A stretch of DNA of 64,000 nucleotides, taken from NCBI RefSeq assembly GCF_009914755.1, contig NC_060948.1, one strand, 5' to 3'. Below the pieces are notes generated by a model. The model was given only the letters and a program-made list of their open reading frames with translations. It ran no database searches and was not told where the DNA came from. Of the stretch, positions 56,478 through 64,000 are shown piece by piece. Each line of letters starts with the position of its first letter. The first letter of the stretch is position 1. Made by a program: the position numbers and the translations under genes. The DNA comes from the human T2T-CHM13v2.0 reference genome, Homo sapiens.

Positions 56478-59400
56478 GAATGGATTCGACTGGAATGGAA
56501 TGTTCTGGAAGTGAATGGACTCCAATGGAATGGATTCAAAAGGAATGGAATCGTACGGAATGGAATCTAATGGAATGGAATTAAATGGAAATGAATCAAA
56601 TTGAATAGCACGGAATTGAATTGAATGGAATGGAATGCAATGGAATCTAATGAAACGGAAAGGAATGGAATGGAATGGAATGGAATGGGCTGGAATGGAA
56701 AGGAATCGAAATGAATGGAATGGAATCGAAGTGAAGAGACTGGAATGGAATGCACTGGAATGGAAGGGAGTGTAATGGAAGGTTCTCGAAAAAAATGGAA
56801 TTGAATGGAATGGAATTGAATGGAACGGAATAGAGTCGAATGGAATTGAATGGAATGGAATGGACTAGAGTGAAATGGAATCGAACCACAAGGAATGGAC
56901 AGGAATAGAATGGTCTCGAATTGAATGGAATCGTATGGAATGGCATCAAACGGAATGGAATGGACAGCCACGGAATGGAATGCACTCGAATGCAATGGAG
57001 TCGAAACTAATGGACTGGAATAGAATGGACTCGACTGGTACGGACTGCAATGGAATGGAATCGAATGGAAGGGAATCGAACGGAATGGACTCGAAGGGAA
57101 AAGACTGCAATGGAAAGGTCTCGAATGGAATGGAAATTAATGGAATGGAATGGAATCGAATGAAATGGAGTCAAAAGGAATGGAATCGAATGGCAAGAAA
57201 TCGAATGTAATGGAATCGCAAGGAATTGATGTGAACGGAACGGAATGGAATGGAATCCAAAGGAATGGAATAGAATGGAATGGAATCGAATGGAAAGGAC
57301 TCGAATGGAAATCACTCGAATAGAATGCAATTTAATAAAATAGGATCAAATGTAATGGAATGGAATGGAAAGGAATCGAAACGAAAGGAATGGAGACAGA
57401 TGGAATGGAATGGAACAGAGAGCAATGGTATAGAATGGAATGGAATCATCTGGAAAGAATTGAATGGAATGGAATAATATGAAATGGAATGGAATGGAAT
57501 GGAATGGAATGCCCTTGAATTAAATGGACTGGACTCGAACAGAGTGGAATGGAAAGTGTTGAGATAGAATGGAATGGACTCCTTTGGAATGGTGTAGTAT
57601 GCAATGCAATCGACTGGCAGGGAATCAAAAGGAATGTAATGGAATGGATTGGACAGGAATGCAATGGACTCGAATAGATTGGAAACGGAATGCAAAGGAA
57701 TAGAATGGAATAGTATGGAATGGAATGGAAAGGAATGGAGTGGAATAGACTAGAGTGGAATGGAATGGACTGGAAAGCAATGGACTGGAATGGAACTTTC
57801 TTGAATGGACTGGAATCAAACGGAATGGAATGCAATGCAATCAAACGGCATGGAATAAAATAGAATGAAAGAGAATCAAATGGAATTGAATCGAATGGAA
57901 TCGAATGGATTGGAAAGGAATAGAATGGAATGGAATGGAATTGACTCAAATGGAATGGACTAGAATGGAATGGATTCGAATGGAAGGCAAAGGAATGGAA
58001 TCTATTGGAATGGACTGTAATGGAATGGAATGGAAGGGATTGGAATGGACTCGAATGGAATGGAGTGCAATAGAAAGGACTCGAATGGAATGAAAAAGAA
58101 TTGAATGGAATAGAACAGAATGGAATCAAATCGAATGAAATGGAATGGAATAGAAAGGAATGGAATGAAATGGAATGGAAAGGATTCGAATGGAATGCAA
58201 TCGAATGGAATGGAATCGAACGGAATGGAATAAAATGGAAGAAAACTGGCAAGAAATGGAATCGAAAGGAATGGAGTGTTCTGGAACGGACTCAAAAGGA
58301 ATTGAATGTAATAGAATGGAGTGGAGTGGACTCGAATATAATGGACTGGAATGGAATGAAATCACATGGAATGGGAACGAATGGAATGGAATGGAAAGGA
58401 ATGGAATCGAATGGAAAGGAATCGAATGGAAGGGAATGCAATTGAATCAACAGGAATGGAAGGGAATAGAATAGACGGTAATGGAATGGACTCGAATAGA
58501 ATGGACACGAATGCTCAAATTGAATGGACTCGAATGGAATGGAAACGAAAGGAATGTCATCGAATGGAATTGAATCGATTGGAATGAAATGGCATAGAAT
58601 GGAGTGGAATCAAATGGAATTGAATCGAAAGGAAAGGAAGCGAATGGACTGAAATGAAATGGAATGGAATTGAATGGAAAGTAATGCAATGGAATAGAAT
58701 GGAACGAAATTTCACGGAATGGAATCAAACTGAATGGAATCAAATCAATGGAATCAAATCAAATGGAATGGAAAGGAATTGAATGGAGTAGATTGGATTG
58801 GATGGGATTGGAATGAAATGTACTGGAAAGGACTCGAATTTCATGAAACGGAATGGAATGAATTGGAACGGAATGGACTCGAATGGAATGGAATGTCATG
58901 GAATGGCATCAAATGGAATGGCATCAAATGGAATGGAATCGAATGCAATGGAATGCTATGGAATGGAATGGAATGCATTGGAATGGAATGTCCTCTAATG
59001 GAATGGATTCGAGTGGAATGGAATCGAATATAATGGAGTCGAATGAAATGGAATTGAAAGGAATGGGATCGAATACAATGGAATATACTGGAATGTAATG
59101 TAATGAACTCGAATGTAATTGACTGGAATGGAATGTACATGAATGGAATGTAATCGAATGGAAAGTAATCCAATGGAATAGAATCTAATGCAATAAAATC
59201 GACTCAGATAGAGTAGAATGTAATGGAATGGAGTGCAGTGCAATGCAATGGAATGGAATGGAATGCAATGGAATGGAATGGAATGGAATGGAATGGAATG
59301 GAATGGAATGGGATGGAATGGTATGGAATGGATAGTAATGGACTGGAGTGAAATGGACTGGAAAGGAATGGACTCAAATTGAAAGGGCTCGAAAGGAATG

Positions 59401-60015
59401 GAGTCAAATGGAATGGTCTGGAATGGAATGAACACGAATGTAATGCAATCCAATAGAATGGAATCGAATGGCATGGAATATAAAGAAATGGAATCGAAGA
59501 GAATGGAAACAAATGGAATGGAATTGAATGGAATGGGAACGAATGGAGTGAAATTGTATGCAGTAGAAGAGAATAGAATGGAATGCAAGCGAAAGGAAAG
59601 GAATGGATTGGAATGGAATGGAATTCATTGGAATGGAAGGGAATGTAGTGTAATGGACAGGCCTGGAATAAAGTGGAATGCTACGGTCTCGAATGGAATA
59701 AAAATGTATGGAATGGAATGCAATGAAACGGAATCGAATGTCATAGAATGTAATGGAATGCAAAAAAATGGAATCCAAAATCATTGACTGGAAAGGCTGG
59801 GTGTCGAAAGGAATTGACTCCAATGGAATGGAATCGAATGGAATGGAAGTGAATAGAATCGAACTAAATCGAATGGAATGGAATTGATAGGAACGGAATG
59901 GAAAGGAATGCAATGATTTGGCATGGAATGGAATCGAATGGCATCGAATGGAATGGAATGGAATGCAATGGAATGGAATGTATTAGAATGTAATGAACTT
60001 TAATGGAATGTACTC
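56478..60015 (+). repeat. Monomer 17 (3538 bp)
   Basis: Anchor-to-anchor distance; 10-bp deletion at ~57530, 15-bp deletion at ~59525. Confidence 0.9.
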
Positions 60016-63000
60016 GAATGGATTCGACTGGAATGGAATGTTCTGGAAGTGAATGGACTCCAATGGAATGGATTCGAAAGGAATGGAATCGAACGGAATG
60101 GAATCTAATGGAATGGAATTAAATGGAAATGAATCAAATTGAATAGCACGGAATTGAATTGAATGGAATCGAATGCAATGGAATCTAATGAAACGGAAAG
60201 GAAAGAATGGAATGGAATAGAATGGGCTGGAATGGAAAGGAATCGAAACGAATGGAATGGAATCGAACTGAGGAGACTGGAATGGAATGCACTGGAATGG
60301 AAGGGAGTGTAATGGAAGGTTCTCGAAAAAAATGGAATCGAATGGAATGGAATTGAATGGAACGGAATAGAGTCGAATGGAATTGAATGGAATGGAATGG
60401 ACTAGAGTGAAATGGAATCGAACCACAAGGAAAGGACAGGAATAGAATGGTCTCGAATTGAATGGAATCGTATGGAATGGCATCAAACGGAATGGAATGG
60501 ACAGCCACGGAATGGAATGCACTCGAATGCAATGGAGTCGAAACTAATGGACTGGAATAGAATGGACTCGACTGGTACGGACTCCAATGGAATGGAATCG
60601 AATGGAAGGGAATCGAACGGAATGGACTCGAAGGGAAAAGACTGCAATGGAAAGGTCTCGAATGGAATGGAAATTAATGGAATGGAATGGAATCGAATGA
60701 AATGGAGTCAAAAGGAATGGAATCGAATGGCAAGAAATCGAATGTAATGGAATCGCAAGGAATTGATGTGAACGGAACGGAATGGAATGGAATCCAAAGG
60801 AATGGAATAGAATGGAATGGAATCGAATGGAAACGACTCGAATGGAAATCACTCGAATAGAATGCAATTTAATAAAATAGGATCAAATGTAATAGAATAG
60901 AATGGAAAGGAATCGAAACGGAAGGAATGGAGACAGATGGAATGGAATGGAACAGAGAGCAATGGTATAGAATGGAATGGAATCATCTGTAATGGAATTG
61001 AATGGAATGGAATAATATGAAATGGAATGGAATGGAATGGAATGGAATGCCCTTGAATTAAATGGACTGGACTCGAACAGAGTGGAATGGAAAGGGTTGA
61101 GATAGAATGGAATGGACTCCTTTGGAATGGTGTAGTATGCAATGCAATCGACTGGCAGGGAATCAAAAGGAATGTAATCGAATGGATTGGACTGGAATGC
61201 AATGGACTCGAATAGATTGGAAACGGAATGCAAAGGAATGGAATGGAATAGTATGGAATGCAATGGAAGGGAATGGAGTGGAATAGACTAGAGCGGAATG
61301 GAATGGACTGGAAAGCAATGGACTGGAATGGAACATTCTTGGATGGATTGGAATCAAACGGAATGGAATGCAATGCAATCAAATGGCATGGAATAAAATA
61401 GAATGAAAGAGAATCAAATGGAATTGAATCGAATGGAATCGAATGGATTGGAAAGGAATAGAATGGAATGGAATGGAATTGACTCAAATGGAATGGACTA
61501 CAATGGAATGGATTCGAATGGAAGGCAAAGGAATGGAATCTATTGGAATGGACTGTAATGGAATGGAATGGAAGGGATTGGAATGGACTCGAATGGAATG
61601 GACTGCAATAGAAAGGATTCGAATGGAATGAAAAAGAATAGAATGGAATAGAAGAGAATGGAATCAAATCGAATGAAATGGAATGGAATAGAAAGGAATG
61701 GAATGAAATGGAATGGAAATGATTCGAATGGAATGCAATCGAATGGAATGGAATCGAACGGAATGGAATAAAATGGAAGAAAACTGGCAAGAAATGGAAT
61801 CGAAATGAATGGAGTGTTATGGAACGGACTCAAAAGGAATTGAATGTAATAGAATGGAGTGGAGTGGACTCGAATATAATGGACTGGAATGGAATGAAAT
61901 CACATGGAATGCGAACGAATGGAATGGAATGGAAAGGAATGGAATTGAATGGAAAGGAATCGAATGGAAGGGAATGAAATTGAATCAACAGGAATGGAAG
62001 GGAATAGAATAGACGGTAATGGAATGGACTCGAATAGAATGGACACGAATGCTCAAATTGAATGGACTCGAATGGAATGGAAACGAAAGGAATGTCATCG
62101 AATGGAATTGAATCGATTGGAATGAAATCGCATAGAATGGAGTGGAATCAAATGGAATTGAATCGAAAGGAAAGGAAGCGAATGGACTGAAATGAAATGG
62201 AATGGAATTGAATGGAAAGTAATGCAATGGAATAGAATGGAACGAAATTTCACGGAATGGAATCAAACTGAATGGAATCAAATCAATGGAATCAAGTCAA
62301 ATGGAATGGAAAGGAATTGAATGGAGTAGATGGGATTGGATGGGATTGGAATGAAATGTACTGGAAAGGACTCGAATTTCATGAAACGGAATGGAATGAA
62401 TTGGAACGGAATGGACTCGAATGGAATGGAATGTCATGGAATGGCATCAAATGGAATGGAATCGAATGCAATGGAATGCTATGGAATGGAATGGAATGCA
62501 TTGGAATGGAATGTCCTCTAATGGAATGGATTCGAGTGGAATGGAATCGAATATAATGGAGTCGAATGAAATGGAATTGAAAGGAATGGGATCGAATACA
62601 ATGGAATATACTGGAATGTAACGTAATGAACTCGAATGTAATTGACTGGAATGGAATGTACATGAATGGAATGTAATCGAATGGAAAGTAATCCAATGGA
62701 ATAGAATCTAATGCAATAAAATCGACTCAGATAGAGTAGAATGTAATGGAATGGAGTGCAGTGCAATGGAATGGAATGGAATGGAATGCAATGGAATGGA
62801 ATGGAATGGAATGGAATGGAATGGAATGGAATGGAATGGTATGGAATGGATAGTAATGGACTGGAGTGAAATGGACTGGAAAGGAATGGACTCAAATTGA
62901 AAGGTCTCGAAAGGAATGGAGTCAAATGGAATGGTCTGGAATGGAATGAACACGAATGTAATGCAACCCAATAGAATGGAATCGAATGGCATGGAATATA

Positions 63001-63548
63001 AAGAAATGGAATCGAAGAGAATGGAAACAAATGGAATGGAATTGAATGGAATGGAATTGAATGGAATGGGAACGTATGGAGTGAAATTGTATGCAGTAGA
63101 AGAGAATAGAATGGAATGCAAGCGAAAGGAAAGGAATGGATTGGAATGGAATGGAATTCATTGGAATGGAAGGGAATGTAGTGTAATGGACAGGCCTGGA
63201 ATAAAGTGGAATGCTACGGTCTCGAATGGAATAAAAATGTATGGAATGGAATGCAATGAAACGGAATCGAATGTCATAGAATGTAATGGAATGCAAAAAA
63301 ATGGAATCCAAAATCATTGACTGGAAAGGCTGGGTGTCGAAAGGAATTGACTCCAATGGAATGGAATCGAATGGAATGGAAGTGAATAGAATCGAACTAA
63401 ATCGAATGGAATGGAATTGATAGGAACGGAATGGAAAGGAATGCAATGATTTGGAATGGAATGGAATCGAATGGCATCGAATGGAATGGAATGGAATGCA
63501 ATGGAATGGAATGTATTAGAATGTAATGAACTTTAATGGAATGTACTC
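60016..63548 (+). repeat. Monomer 18 (3533 bp)
   Basis: Anchor-to-anchor distance; shares many private variants with monomer 13. Confidence 0.9.
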
Positions 63549-64000
63549 GAATGGATTCGACTGGAATGGAATGTTCTGGAAGTGAATGGACTCCAATGGA
63601 ATGGATTCAAAAGGAATGGAATCGTACGGAATGGAATCTAATGGAATGGAATTAAATGGAAATGAATCAAATTGAATAGCACGGAATTGAATTGAATGGA
63701 ATCGAATGCAATGGAATCTAATGAAACGGAAAGGAAAGGAATGCAATGGAATGGAATGGGATGGAATGGAAAGGAATCGAAACGAATGGAATGGAATCGA
63801 ACTGAAGAGACTGGAATGGAATGCACTGGAATGGAAGGGAGTGTAATGGAAGGTTCTCGAAAAAAATGGAATCGAATGGAATGGAATTGAATGGAACGGA
63901 ATAGAGTCGAATGGAATTGAATGGAATGGAATGGACTAGAGTGAAATGGAATCGAACCACAAGGAATGGACAGGAATAGAATGCTCTCGAATTGAATGGA
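63549..64000 (+). repeat. Monomer 19 (partial, cut by the window end)
   Basis: Anchor at 63549 followed by the standard head landmarks. Confidence 0.88.

Larger units (their letters stand above)
1..64000 (+). repeat. DYZ1: Human satellite 3 (GGAAT)n array, DYZ1-type ~3.56-kb higher-order repeat (Yq12 heterochromatin)
   Basis: Continuous degenerate GGAAT pentamers with frequent ATCGA/CTCGA variants. Unique landmarks (GGACAGCCACGG, GCCCTTGAATT, CAGGCCTGG, GGCTGGGTGTCG) recur every ~3.55 kb. One GGCC per monomer at 3214, 6758, 10307, 13861, 17434, 21018, 24597, 28146, 31735, 38845, 42398, 45922, 49031, 52588, 56122, 59660 and 63193. The monomer size matches the established 3.56-kb DYZ1 HaeIII repeat. 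Confidence 0.95.

Noticed and set aside
90-63960. Hundreds of ORFs, including 270-318 aa minus-strand ORFs (MPVFFHFIPF...)
   Set aside because: They are translations of (GGAAT)n/(ATTCC)n, which has no stop codon in any frame and yields MEWNG/HSIPF repeats. ORF ends shift with pentamer indels and no domain is recognisable.
1-64000. CRISPR-like or repeat-spacer array
   Set aside because: There are no unique spacers and no cas-like genes; every non-pentamer landmark recurs in each monomer.
1-64000. Inserted element (Alu, L1, DYZ2) or inversion
   Set aside because: No stretch departs from the GGAAT lattice, no CATTC-oriented segment appears on the + strand, and unit lengths leave no room for an insertion.
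1-64000. HSat2 or telomeric repeat identity
   Set aside because: It lacks the HSat2 CATTCGATTC-dominated 23/26-bp organisation and TTAGGG. Long GGAAT runs and the ~3.56-kb period fit HSat3/DYZ1.
14217-64000. Strict multi-monomer higher-order period
   Set aside because: Shared variants recur at offsets of 1, 3, 4 and 5 units inconsistently. The pattern is mosaic rather than periodic within this window.

Overview
The whole 64-kb window is one uninterrupted, single-orientation array of human satellite 3, (GGAAT)n on the + strand. It is organised as head-to-tail monomers of about 3.55 kb: 18 complete copies plus a 452-bp partial 19th. The monomer length and the single GGCC (HaeIII/StuI) site with a nearby EcoRI site per monomer match the Y-chromosome DYZ1 repeat of Yq12 heterochromatin. 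That identification is from recall of the family, not from a database search. I saw no genes, RNA genes, transposon insertions, DYZ2 units or inversions, and all listed ORFs are pentamer translation artefacts. I did not find a new gene system. The real structure lies in the differences between monomers: an XbaI-marked sub-array (units 5-9), a second variant family from unit 10 onward, mosaic units, a 440-bp in-phase deletion, a lost HaeIII site, internal VNTRs and clustered mutations. The most functionally suggestive observation is three perfect heat-shock elements (GAAnnTTCnnGAA) at fixed positions in most monomers, on a background of TEAD-type GGAATG motifs. Unit numbers use the anchor GAATGGATTCGACTGG, with starts at 1, 3560, 7114, 10663, 14217, 17790, 21374, 24953, 28502, 32091, 35645, 39200, 42754, 46278, 49387, 52944, 56478, 60016 and 63549.
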